In this document: positions 13,735-26,560 of the stretch, piece by piece
Layout of the letters: each line of letters starts with the position of its first letter
How positions within the stretch are numbered: position 1 is the first letter of the stretch
NCBI RefSeq assembly: GCF_000315625.1
Contig: NW_005434595.1
Span: 341,719-405,718, forward strand
Source: Guillardia theta CCMP2712
Lineage: Eukaryota; Protista; Cryptophyta
Reading direction: 5' to 3'
DNA length: 64,000 nucleotides
Notes under the pieces: generated by a model
What the model saw: only the letters and a program-made list of their open reading frames with translations
What the model was told of the DNA's origin: nothing
Databases searched by the model: none
Position numbers and translations under genes: made by a program

Positions 13735-14557
13735 TCACGTTGGAACGAAGTCAGGGGTAAACCCTAAAGAAACACACAATCATTCCAGAATCAAAGGTTA
13801 ACAAGACAGCAGGGTGAGAAACACTCAACAAATTCAAGATAAGATAAGAATATCTACCAAACCTGCATCGAGTAATGTTCCAGTTGGCATCATTTTCTTC
13901 CACCTTCCATCATCTCTGACTGAAAATGGCAGGTTCATCAGTGTCTTCGGATAAATCAGTGAATCAAGATTCCAAAAATGAGCATGAAAAAGAAACATGT
14001 AGAAACATATTCCAAACTCACCAAAGTCATCACACTTCACAACATCATATTCAATCGTTATTCCTCGATCAACCAAGTGCTGCAGCTCACACTGTGAGAA
14101 AACAAACTTTCCCGAAAACTTTCATCACTTGTGGGCTCTGATCTTCTGTGCGAACAATAGCCTGGCGAATCAAAAGTCAACACTTTCAGCGAGCGTACGG
14201 CTACAATATATGTTCGGAAAGAACCTCAATGGTAGGACTGCCATCTCGCGGAGTGAAGTCAGGTACAAGTGTCAGGTGCGGTTGTTGATGCTGTTCTTCT
14301 ACAAAATGGTACGCTTTGCATCGTTCCACCCACTTGCAATTCACACAAATGCACATCTGCCCGATGAATATCAAAATACCGCGCAAACTACGGCCAACGA
14401 ATGTTACATTGAGGCGGCCGACGTTGCTGAAGGTCGGTCGGCCTTTGCTAACTTGGTGCTTGTACAGAGAGGATGCTGAGTGGATGAAGGAAGTACATGC
14501 ATGCGCTGCGGTGAGAATCGTGAGCATCCTTAGCAAACATGCCGATGTTGCTGCCAT
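13735..14557 (-). CDS. ycf34: Nucleus-encoded Ycf34 (Cys-rich plastid protein), multi-exon
   Basis: MCICVNCKWVERCKAYHFVEEQHQQPHLT...PDFTP, then ITIEYDVVKCDDF, GRWKKMMP and a terminal exon giving GFTPDFVPT*; signal/transit leader; intron 14357-14407. Confidence 0.88.
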
Positions 14558-14987
14558 TCCTGGTACAAAGGTTCGCTTGTTCTCTGTCCTTTTATATTCG
14601 CCACTTCATTACATGCTGTCTCTTATTTGAATTAGACACAGCTCTGAGGCAGACTGGAGTTTTTGTCTCGCACTCACATGGCGGTTGTCGGGGCAGGTGA
14701 TGGCGAGGGAGAGGGAGAGGGAGAAGGAGCAGAAGCAAGAGTATGAGGACGGAGAGGAGGGGCAGGTACAGGAGGAACTTTAAGGAGCAAGAGCAGCAGC
14801 AGCAGCAAGACAGACAGACAGAAAGAGAGCTTTTGCAGTACAACCTGTGGTGCAAAATGCTTTGAATTGCCGATGGGATACTCATCGGGTTTCAAAGACG
14901 GAGATTGATAGAGGCATCTCTCATGCAGCAGTGAGGGATGAGAATGCGTCCATATCGCTCGTCTTGAAAGTTGTTACTGTCCTTGCA

Positions 14988-17900
14988 ATGTTACGTCTAC
15001 TGAGGAATCGAAATTCACCGAGAGATGCTGGGAAGAAAGACCCGGGTAAGGGTCAGGGGACCAAGGAAGAAAACGAAGGAGATAAACATGCCGATGAAGA
15101 ATGGAAAACTTTCGACTTCGAGAAGCTGCAACGGGAGCTCAACATATATGCTCCTTCTGCAGAATCACACACACAAGTCAGCAAGCACACTCATGCTCTG
15201 GAGGGCATGTCTGCACACCCTGATGATCAAGACCTGAGCTTCGATCAACTGATGTCAGAGTACAAAAAGTTTGAGATGGCAGTCGATTCTTCCTTGGGAG
15301 AGGAAGGAGTCAATTACAATGACACCGAGGACTTTTCAAACAAGATACCACCATCCATGAAGAGCGAGTACAAAGGGATCATGAAGAGCTCAGGTGCAGA
15401 AGCGAAGCGAGCCAAGGAGGTCAGGGTCGACACGGAAGACGAGAAGAAGCAGAAAGGTCAAGGCAAGGCAAAGGATCAGAAGAAGACAGTAGATGTCACT
15501 GCTCGTCCCTCTGCTATCCGCTGGGATCTCGATGGGGGTGGCAGGGCAGCAAAGGGCGACCAAGTTGCACATTCTCCCATGTATGATGACGAATTTCCAT
15601 TGCCATCCAGCTTGCATCAGACTGCTATCAAGAGAGATCGAATCGACGTTGAGTTTGAAGCGATAGGTGATTCCAAAATGCTTGGTGCCGAGGGTTTGGC
15701 TAATTTCTCAAAAAAGAACTTGCTCTCTATCCCAATGGTGGTCTATAACGAGAGTGACTTTGGGGGGAAGTGTTTTGTTCTTTGGGCCCACCAGAATCGC
15801 ATCAAATGGCTTCCTGAAGTGATTGGACGATTAACAGCTTTGACTGAGCTGAGACTTCATCATAACGAGATTGAACAAGTGCCCCCAGAATTCGCACAAA
15901 TGCGAAGCCTCAGGAAGTTGTGGTTGAATGACAACAAACTAGTTGCATGTCCAACTGAGTTGGGAAGTCTGACATTGTTGGAAATGCTCTCGCTGTCTCG
16001 GAATCCCTTTGATGAGCTCTGCCTGGGCATCGGATACCTCACGAAGTTGAAAGACCTTCAGTTGGATCAGCTGAATCTCAAAGTCCCTCCGAGAGAGATC
16101 GTCATTCGAGGCCCGGTAAACATCGTGAAGTACTTGCGTCGCATTGATATTGCAGCGATGTCTTGCTTGAAGTATAGAGCCATGAAGGATCCTAGTTTGA
16201 AAGACCTGCCTCCTCCTTCTGAGTATCAGATTTTGAAACTTGAAGGTGACGAAGAACAGCAGAATGACAAACAAGCTTGGTTGAACTGCAAGCTTGCAAT
16301 CACATTGGCAGGGTCAGCACATTTTCAACTGCTTTCAGGACCAACAGCAGATGCTTGGATTGAGATAGGCAACCTGCAGAATGTTGATATCAAGATCAAG
16401 AAGAACAAAATCAATTATCCATTTCAGATGTATGATCGGGTTTCCAAACGGACTTTTTCTTTCGCGCTTCCTGACAAGCGAAGCCGGGACAAACTGATTG
16501 ACACGGTCAAAGACATGCAGGAGATTCCGTCTTGTTCGCTCTCTCTCAACAGCCATGGCTTGCTCAAACTTCCGATTGAAGTGAGTCGGATGGCAGAGCT
16601 CGAGTTTCTTGACTTGTCAAACAATACGTTGCAAACTCTGCCTGTGCTTAAGTTGGGCCTTTTGAAAACTTTGCTCCTAGATTTGAACAATTTCTCAAGC
16701 ATCCCCAAGACAGTTTACCAAGACCTCACCGCCCTCACACACCTTTCCATCATCGACAACCCGATCCATCGGCTACCTACTGCTCTTGCTCAGATGAAAT
16801 CATTACAGGAGATCAACATGAACTCCAACTTTCACCTTGAGACGCCCCCGCCTGTGGTAGTCGTTCAGGGTCAGCATCTGCGTTTCTTGCAGTCGCTGCT
16901 GGAGTGTGAGAGAAGCGGAGTGATGGATCTTTCTTCTTTCAACATGGACGAGGTACCTCGCGAGATCGGCAGGAGGTGGGATGAGCATCCGGAGTACCAC
17001 AAGATGTCAGTCCTGAAGCTTGACAACAACGTCCTTGCTGAAGTTGATAGTGGTGTTGACAACTGGAAGAAAATTCGCTCCCTTGAGATTCGAGGAAACC
17101 GACTTTCTCGACTGCCGAGGACCATTGGGGGGCTGAACCTCCTGTCTGAGCTCCACCTTGATGACAACGAACTGCGTGAGTTGCCACAGAGTGCGAAGAA
17201 CCTTCAGATGTTGGTTGCACTGCATATCAACAACAACCAGCTAGATATCTGGCCCCCGTGTCTGCAGTACCTGACAAGCATCACAGAATTGTTCATGAAT
17301 CGCAACACGATCGAGTTCGTTCCTCCTGAATGCTCAACATTGGTCAATCTGAGACACCTCGAAGTCTCTGGAAATCGAATTTACGACCTTCCGCCGCAAG
17401 TCGGGGGGTGGACGAGCTTGACGACGCTCAAGATGGATAGCAATCGTCTCCCCGCCTTGCCGGAGACGTTGGGGCAGCTGTCCAAGGTGGAGAGTCTTTC
17501 CTTTGCAAACAACAACATCATCACCTTCCCTATGGAGGTCGGTAGCTGGCACAACCTGCGAACGCTGGACTTGTCCAAGAATGACATCCGATTTCTTCCC
17601 AGCTCTATCAGCAACTCAACCGCCATGCGGCAGCTCTTCCTTGAGGGTAATCCACTCATCCAACTCCCGCTCGGCATGGGCTCCATGCGCGGTCTGCGCA
17701 AGCTTTCGTACACCAAGTGGGACAAGTGGATTTCCCCGCCGAATGCGATCATGAAGCAGTCATACCATCAGGTCATCCAGTACCTGCAAGCCTTTCACAG
17801 CGCCAAGCAAAGCAACTCGCTCAACTTCAGCGACATGGGGATCGAAGTCATACATGCGGATGTCCTGGTTATGTCGAACTTGACCGAGCTTGACATCTCC

Positions 17901-20476
17901 AAGAATCGCCTCAAGACTTTGACCGCTGTGATGGGAGAGGCTGATGGCAGGGTAACCCACTTGAAAGGCGACTGCGACTTGTACATGTCCGATGAGGTTG
18001 CGGCGAAGAAGAGGCGAGCGAAAGCGGCGCTGCTGAGAGAGCTCGGGGATGGATTGAACGACAGGCAGCTGCGAGAGCGATCAGAGAAGATCTTCGCGGC
18101 TATCGACGAGGATGGGGGAGGAACACTGGGGATAGACGAGCTACTTAGATGCTTCCATCACCTCGGAGTCGACATTGACGAAGCCGTTGTCAACATCATG
18201 GTGAAGGAAGTGAGTAACGATGGGGACGATGAGATCGATATGGACGAGTGGGTGCGGTTAGTGAATAACATCTACAAGGGAGCAGGAGACGTGCAAGGGA
18301 TCGGAGATCTCAAGAAACTGAAGCACCTCAACATCAGCGGCAATGAGTTAAAGAGATTGCCCTATGGTCTTGGATTTTGTACGAGTTTGAAGACATTGAC
18401 GCTGGATGAGCCACATTTTGTGATTATCCCTTGCGACGATATTCTCTCAACGAGCAAGAAGGATGCTTCTATCCTGACGGACTACCTGCGACGGTTGCAC
18501 GACGTAAGACCTTGCTTGCTGTCTGAACGCAGTCACTGACCGAGTTCCTCTCAGGCTGTTCTGTCTCGACGGCTCGATCTGTCGGGTTTTACCATCAGCG
18601 TGTTGCCAAAGGAGGTGATCGAGCTGACGTCTCTCACGGAGCTGACCATGAGAGACAACAACCTCAAGGTCGTCGTCTCAGAGATCGAGCAGCTACCCCA
18701 GCTCGAGTTGGTCGACTTGAGCAGCAACCGGATCAAGATGCTCCCTGCCACCCTCGGCAAGCTGAGCAGGTTGAGGCGTCTGGACGTGAGGAGGAACCGT
18801 CTCAAGCACTTGCCTGCCGTCCTCTGCAACTTGGAGCAGCTCGAGGAGATCGAGATAGAAGGAAATAAGGAGCTCGAGATCCCCGAAGAGATTCAGCGAT
18901 CAGGCACTCCGACGCTCAAGTTGTTCCTCCAAGGGATCTTTCGCGGTTCAGCTGATTCTGTGGTCGACTGGTCCAAGGTCACCATGGTAGAGGACAACAA
19001 GCTCGTTGCTCTGCCGACGATCCTCTATTCGATGAACTGGATCACTGACCTCAACCTCGACAACAATCGTATCCGCAAGATTCCTAGTGAAATCAGCGTT
19101 TTGAAATCGATGAAGAGCTTCTCAGTCAGGAAGAATTTGTTGGAGAAGGTCTCTTCAGACATCAAAAGATGCAAGTCTTTGACAACCATCAACTTGGACT
19201 CCAACCTTCTCAGCAAGATTCCTGTACAGTTCTTCACGCATCTCTCTCTCACATCTCTTAATCTCAATCATAATCAGCTTGATTCAAGCCTATTGCCTGA
19301 ACAGTTTGCTGAGTTTTCTGGAAGTCAGCTCAAGGTGTTGAGGATAGACTCGAATGCCCTCGGCAAGATTCCAAATTCTATCGAGCTCTTTCAATCCTTG
19401 ACCGTCTTCACCGCGAATTTCAATGAAATCAAGATGATACCGCGGGAGATTTCCTTCTGCACTCTGTTGAAGGACCTGCAGCTCGACGGCAACCGCATCC
19501 AAGAGCTTCCGATAGAGATCACGAGGCTCTCCTCCCTCGCACGGCTCAAGCTCAATGACAACTGCGTCTCCGTCGTCCCCGAGTGGATCGGGAGGATGTC
19601 AAGTCTGCGTCATCTCTCGCTGGGGAACAACAGGCTGCAGCACGTCCCCTACTCCATCTCCCTCCTCAACCTCGCGGTCCTCACGTTGGATGGAAACCCT
19701 CTCGACTCCATCGAGACGGGCGTGTTGATGGGAGGAGCCAAGGGGTTGCTGGAGCATCTGCGGTACAACCACAACTACGACATCGCCGATCGAAACCTGC
19801 TCCCCGACGTGATTGAGCAGCGGCGACAGGTAGAGGCCTACCTGACAAGGACCGAGAAGGAGCTGCAGGAGATCGAGCAGAGCTCGCTGGAAGCTGAGCT
19901 CAAGGTGATCGGGGGCCTCGACCAACTGGAGATCGCCAGGAACAAGCGCATTGGTGAAGATCGGACGGCGACGGATGGGGCGGTGATCCTGGATCAGGAG
20001 ATGCTGGATGAAGTCAGGGTAAGTCCAGCCCTCCTGCTCCCGTTGGGTTTGACCTTGTCGCAGATCCTCGCTGAGAGGGAGCGAGCGGGCGCTGTCATCT
20101 TCAGCTTCCTCGGGCCTGGGCTCACGGGCAACAAAGTGAGGGTAAGGAAGGAGGAGGAAGAGGAGGAGGAGGAGGAGGAGGAGGAGGAGGAGGAGGCAGA
20201 CGCTGACGGTGATTAAGATGCGGGCCAAGACAATCTTCTACGAGCTAGACGAGGACAACTCGGGGACTCTCGACCTGTCGGAGTTCCGCAAGTGGCTGCT
20301 GAGGTGACAAGAGCGACTGACTTCAGCTAAGCTGACTTGATGGCAGTCTTGGAGCTGACATCAGCACGAGAGCGATCGAGAGCTTCATGGAAGGGATAGG
20401 AGGCGAAGGGGGAGGAGAACTTGAACTCGAGGACTTCCAACAGCTCGTCTATCTCGTCTACCAGGTCAAGTCATAG
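14988..20476 (+). CDS. Giant leucine-rich-repeat protein with a PH-like insert and two EF-hand pairs
   Basis: Many LxxLxLxxNxL repeats in ORFs 14847-18539 and 18600-20216, joined by an intron at about 18503-18554. EF-hands DEDGGGTLGIDE and, in the terminal exons, DEDNSGTLDLSE; stop at 20474-20476. Confidence 0.88.
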
Positions 20477-20540
20477 CAGAGGCCATGGACCCCTTCCGGC
20501 CCTTCCGCTTCTTTTCTCCTGCACGTGTTTCTTGTCATGT

Positions 20541-23500
20541 TTATTCAGTTGCCGCTTCTTGTACATGTTTTCCTTTGCTCTCCTCTCTTCTCGTGCTCAT
20601 CTGCCTCCCGCGCTTCTGCATGTGGATCGTCCGTCGGATGTGATTCCACGTCCTCAGCACCTCCAGTAGCACCCGAGCTGTGCTCACGTATCCCACGTCT
20701 GCTGCCAGCTCTGCTGGGGTCACACCTGAGATGCTTGACAGCAGGTCAGCTCCCAGCTCGACCAGCCGCAGGGCTGCGACGCTTCGCCCGTTCATGGCAG
20801 CGCAGTGCAAAGGGGTGAGGCCGTTGGCCATGGCGACGTTGACGTCCTCCCCGAGCTCCAGGAGAAGTTCGATGAGCGCTGAGAGACAGTGAGGGAAGGC
20901 AACAGCAGTCTCCGCATCTTACCGCTGTCTCCCCTCGCCGCTGCCATGTGTATCGCTCCTCTTCCTGTTGGCCTTTGCTTCTGCAGAGGATCCTCTCCCG
21001 CTGCCACCATCCTACACGCCTGTCAGACACTTTGGCACGCCTCTTCAAACCTTGTCACCTCAAGAAGCGAACAATGTCTCCAGCCTGAACGGCTTCCCAG
21101 AAGTCCTCATCCTTCCCTGTCGCCGTCAGACTGTGCAGTGCAGAAAGCTGCGCAGCTTCGCCGTCGGGCAACGAGGGCAACGGACGTTTTCCGACAGGGG
21201 CATCATCGTTTGCGAGAGCTTCATCGCGGTCGGGCGGGCTGCCGCGGAGCTTCGAGTCTGAGTCAACGATGACGTCTTGACCTTGCGTAGCGTTGTCAGT
21301 CTGCAGAGGCATCTTCTTGCCGAGGTTTCGGAACAGATCCTCGACCAACTCGTCCGGCACTTTCTGCACGCTGATGATATCGGACTCGTTGAAAACAATC
21401 CGCGGCATCTGCCGTTCGGGCAGCCACCAGGTCACGACGGATGGGAGGGAGGTCAGTGGCTTCAGAGGACCGTCCACCCCGCTGTTTCTTCGATCCTCCT
21501 CGATCTCCCTGAGAGCTGCTTCTCGCTCCCGCCAGATTGCTTCCTCTAGCTCCGGCGGGATGAGCGATGTACCTGTATCCTCGGGGATCTCGACTTTCGA
21601 GTTGGCCTTGGGATCCTGCACGCGAGTTAGAGCATCATATGAGCACCCAATAAGGCAAGTATGACAGTCTGAGTGCCCTCACCTGAAGGCCCAGAAAGGC
21701 CGAGGGGTCGATCTTGATCTCATCCCAGTTCTTCATCGCTTCGTTCGCTTCAGCTTGTAACTCCTGGTCAGCATCTGATATGAGGTCCAGCTCGGACTCT
21801 CGCAGCTCGCTGGACGTCTCGTCCACTTTGGCCTCTGCCCTCTGCTGCATCTTGTGGAACTCAAGTAGAGCCTCCTCCTCCTCCTGCTTCACTTTCTTTT
21901 CCCTGGACGAGAGTTCCTCCCTCAAGGTTTTCAATCTCTTCACCATATCTTCATCTCGTTTCGCATCCCTTTCTATCTGCATGAATTCCTCAAAAATCCT
22001 TTGCCGAGCCATCTCCAGGCTTCGATCCGCATCAAAAAAATCGGTCAGAGATTGTGAACTGTCTATGCCCTTGTTTTCAGCCAGCAACAAGTGCTTGAGC
22101 TGTCGAGTTTGAAATCGAGCCTGGAAGGAGCGCATTACAAGTTCCAAGCGCATCTCCTTCCTCTTCTTTCTATCGCGTACAAGTCTGAGCGCCTCAAACT
22201 TCGCCTTCTTGGAATCTTCCGTCTCAGATTTTTCTTCTACCAACGACAACAATTCTTCTTCTGTTTGTACCATCGAGAGGCGCTGAAGAGTATAAAGAGG
22301 ATAAAAGGATTTTTCTGTCACATTCATGAGCATTACATTTCTCCATCTTCTACATTGCTGCATCATACTCAATCTCCTCGACGACAGTTCAAGAGGCGCT
22401 GTCTCCCTTTCAACACTTGAAAACAACGAGAGATATTGATGAACTTTGCTGCGCACAAAGTCCAAATTTCCAATCAAACTGACCATATTATCCAAAGATG
22501 CGGAGCGATGAAAATAACCCTGCAAGAATCTGGAGAGATTGAAGAGAACGATTTCCATCATATGAATCTTGTCACACAATGGCAGGGAAAGAGATTTCTC
22601 CAATACAGATTGGATCGTGCTGGGAAAGAAAACAATCTCTTGTAGCGAGAGCTTTGATTTCATGGTTGTGTCAAACACAATCGATGCAACCTCAAGTAGC
22701 TTCTTCTCATAGTTCAGGTCTGATTCAAGAACGGGAAGCGAGCTACCAACAAGCTCCTTCGCAAGCGCACAGGCCTGCGAAACAACTTGGCCCTCCTGTA
22801 TCTGCAACACAAACGACTCAACCGTACTTTCCCTGTCCGTCCCCGCCTGCCTGTACTGCTCCCGCGCCCGCTCGCATGCCGCCAGCGCCTCCTGCCAAGC
22901 CCCCGACGACACGCAGCCCTCTGCCTCCTTCAGCGCCTCGTCCCCGACCGCTACAAGCTCGCACGCTCGCGCCCCTTCCTTCGCCTGTAGCGCTAGAGCC
23001 TCGATAGCCTGCTCCTTGTCCGTCCCAGCCTGCCTGTACTGCTCCCGCGCCCGCTCGCATGCCGCCAGCGCCTCCTGCCAAGCCCCCGACGACACGCAGC
23101 CCTCTGCCTCCTTCAGCGCCTCGTCCCCGACCGCTACAAGCTCGCACGCTCGCGCCCCTTCCTTCGCCTGTAGCGCTAGAGCCTCGATAGCCTGCTCCTT
23201 GTCCGTCCCCGCCTGCCTGTACTGCTCCCGCGCCCGCTCGCATGCCGCCAGCGCCTCCTGCCAAGCCCCCGACGACACGCAGCCCTCTGCCTCCTTCAGC
23301 GCCTCGTCCCCGACCGCTACAAGCTCGCACGCTCGCGCCCCTTCCTTCGCCTGTAGCGCTAGAGCCTCGATAGCCTGCTCTTTATCCGTCCCCGCCTGCC
23401 TGAACTGCTCCCGCGCCCGCTCGCAGGCAGACAATGCCTTTTCCCATTGTCGATTTTTAAGATGTTTTGTTGCTTGCATCAAAGACTTTCGTGCCTGAAA

Positions 23501-26500
23501 TGCGATGCGTTTGATTTCTTTTTTGTCGATTCTTTGATCTGATGGTGCAAGGTTCTTCGTAGATGTTGGGTTTGCATTTGGTCTTATTGTAACAGATACC
23601 GAGTCAGTGTGCATTGTTTCCAAAGTGTCTGAAATATTTGTTGAGGAAACGGCAATTTGCTCAGCAGATTGATCTCCTTGAAGCAACTTTTGAGAAACGT
23701 TCAAATACCCAGAAAAACGACTGACTGTCTCAGCCCGCTCTCCCCTCACCCTGGTATCCGCCGACACTCCCTGCCCGACACGCTGTGCTCCTTGCTTGCT
23801 GCTCGGGTACCACGTCACCACCGACGGCTTCCTCGGGCCCCCCTCTTCCCTCCGCCTCTCCCCTCCCTCCCCGGCCCTGCCTCCTGCCCTGCTCATCCGC
23901 CCTAGCCTGCCCGTAGCCTCCTGCCGCCACGTCACCACGCTCGGGGCTACCCGCCCGTCCCTCCTGGCCCCTGCCGTCCTGCTGCCCCCGCCCCCGCCTT
24001 GCTCCGCAATCAGCTGCCTCACGCTCCGTACCCGCTCGACCAGCCGTGACACAGTCTCCTGACCCAGCACTGACTGCCCGGCCTTGCCGCCCTCTCCCGC
24101 CAGCACCGCTGCTACCGCCTCCTGCAGCATGGCTGCGTGTCTCGTCACAAGCGCCAAGGCCTCGCTCCCTGTCCCTCCCCGTCTTGGTCTCCTCTTCCCT
24201 GCCTCCCACCAGCCGACCACAGACGGCATCGACTGCACAGCGATGCGCGCTTCTGCCTCCCCCTCTACCTCCGCCTCCCGCCTTCTCCAGCTCCCTAGAC
24301 ACGACCCCCCGGCCCATCGCCACGCTGCCCCGACTGCCTCCTGCCAGCTCTCCTGCTCTCCCCTGCCCTCCGCGGCCCTGGCTGTCTCAGCCCGCTCTCC
24401 CCTCACCCTGGTATCCGCCGACACTCCCTGCCCGACACGCTGTGCTCCTTGCTTGCTGCTCGGGTACCACGTCACCACCGACGGCTTCCTCGGGCCCCCC
24501 TCTTCCCTCCGCCTCTCCCCTCCCTCCCCGGCCCTGCCTCCTGCCCTGCTCATCCGCCCTAGCCTGCCCGTAGCCTCCTGCCGCCACGTCACCACGCTCG
24601 GGGCTACCCGCCCGTCCCTCCTGGCCCCTGCCGTCCTGCTGCCCCCGCCCCCGCCTTGCTCCGCAATCAGCTGCCTCACGCTCCGTACCCGCTCGACCAG
24701 CCGTGACACAGTCTCCTGACCCAGCACTGACTGCCCGGCCTTGCCGCCCTCTCCCGCCAGCACCGCTGCTACCGCCTCCTGCAGCATGGCTGCGTGTCTC
24801 GTCACAAGCGCCAAGGCCTCGCTCCCTGTCCCTCCCCGTCTTGGTCTCCTCTTCCCTGCCTCCCACCAGCCGACCACAGACGGCATCGACTGCACAGCGA
24901 TGCGCGCTTCTGCCTCCCCCTCTACCTCCGCCTCCCGCCTTCTCCAGCTCCCTAGACACGACCCCCCGGCCCATCGCCACGCTGCCCCGACTGCCTCCTG
25001 CCAGCTCTCCTGCTCTCCCCTGCCCTCCGCGGCCCTGGCTGTCTCAGCCCGCTCTCCCCTCACCCTGGTATCCGCCGACACTCCCTGCCCGACACGCTGT
25101 GCTCCTTGCTTGCTGCTCGGGTACCACGTCACCACCGACGGCTTCCTCGGGCCCCCCTCTTCCCTCCGCCTCTCCCCTCCCTCCCCGGCCCTGCCTCCTG
25201 CCCTGCTCATCCGCCCTAGCCTGCCCGTAGCCTCCTGCCGCCACGTCACCACGCTCGGGGCTACCCGCCCGTCCCTCCTGGCCCCTGCCGTCCTGCTGCC
25301 CCCGCCCCCGCCTTGCTCCGCAATCAGCTGCCTCACGCTCCGTACCCGCTCGACCAGCCATGACACAGTCTCCTGACCCAGCACTGACTGCCCGGCCTTG
25401 CCGCCCTCTCCCGCCAGCACCGCTGCTACCGCCTCCTGCAGCATGGCTGCGTGTCTCGTCACAAGCGCCAAGGCCTCGCTCCCTGTCCCTCCCCGTCTTG
25501 GTCTCCTCTTCCCTGCCTCCCACCAGCCGACCACAGACGGCATCGACTGCACAGCGATGCGCGCTTCTGCCTCCCCCTCTACCTCCGCCTCCCGCCTTCT
25601 CCAGCTCCCTAGACATGACCCCAGAGCTGTTCGTATATTTGATGAGATTGTGGATAGGTTTATGTCCTGTATGATTGTTTTTGTTTTTTGTTGCGTTTTT
25701 GAGTTGTGGGCAAGCAATAGATGAGGTGTTTTTTGTACCTCTGTTTGGTTGATGTTGCTTTTTTGTGTTGTTTGCATGGTTTTCTTCGGTTCCTGTTTCG
25801 GTTTTGTCTCAAATATGCTTTCATCTCTCAGATGTTTTCGTTGAATGTATTGGATATATGTAGTGTTGCCTGCTTTCATTTCAACCCATGTCTGATTTTC
25901 ATGTTGTAGGTCTCTCTCCTCTCCAAAAGGACTTTGAATTAAGTCCATGTAATTGTCACTGCGTGCATAGGTTGATTCGACGGCCCGTTTGCTATACCGT
26001 TTTATGGGCATCCAAGTCACAACAGAAGAAGAAGATTTGTACTGTTTACACAGGATGCAATTACATTCCAAAAACGATGTTTTGTCACCCTTCGCCTTGC
26101 CCACAAGACAGGATCTGATTGAATCGCGCAAATAAAGAGCCTGCTGCGCCGCCCAGTCCAGAAAGTTTGTTTCATTTGCCAAGTGTTCATCCCCATAGGT
26201 GCTGAGCAGGATCGGAGTCGCGTTGCAAGCTTGTGTCTTAGAGAATTCCACTTTTTGCTCTATTTCTTCTAATATCACCTCCAAGGGTGAGAAGAAATGT
26301 TTGATCTCTGAGAAATTACGAGATGGTCGGAAGTTATCTAAAGTCGCCTGCTCGGCGTTTGATTTGGGACATGTGTACGTTGATTTCAGATACCTGCGCT
26401 CAATGCCATCGTCCCCATTGCAAGAGAAAAATCCTGGAAATCCGATGCAAGATACTGAAGACCGAGTATCGGTGAGATTTAACATCAACAATGAAATTAG

Positions 26501-26560
26501 TATGAAAAGGTTCCATGCTTCAAGACAAGAACGTGAAAATGAATAATATCCAAAGCTCAT
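20541..26560 (-). CDS. Large protein with internal tandem repeats, TPR-like helices, coiled coil and C-terminal ankyrin repeats
   Basis: ORF 21635-26605 splices to 21055-21621 and then to ankyrin exons (GRGAIHMAAARGDS.., GLTPLHCAAMNG.., GVTPAELAA). First ATG at 26560 is followed by a hydrophobic segment. The 3' end is uncertain. Confidence 0.7.
22834..23425. repeat. 183-bp coding tandem repeat, about 3.2 copies (61 aa, TPR-like)
   Basis: Unit starts at 22834, 23017, 23200 and 23383; near-identical; encodes QAGTDKEQAIEALALQAKEG...CERAREQYR. Confidence 0.95.
23724..25622. repeat. 657-bp tandem repeat, about 2.9 copies (219 aa, in frame)
   Basis: Identical alternative-frame ORFs offset by exactly 657 bp (23730 vs 24387; 24084 vs 24741). 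Confidence 0.95.

Noticed and set aside
13755-13770. AAACCCTA telo-box-like motif
   Set aside because: Coincides with the ycf34 terminal splice acceptor and exon on the minus strand.
20142-20217. Poly-Glu tail of ORF 18600-20216
   Set aside because: Lies in a GT-AG intron; splicing continues into an EF-hand exon.
22834-25622. CRISPR-like array
   Set aside because: Long contiguous tandem units without unique spacers; eukaryotic coding context; no cas genes.
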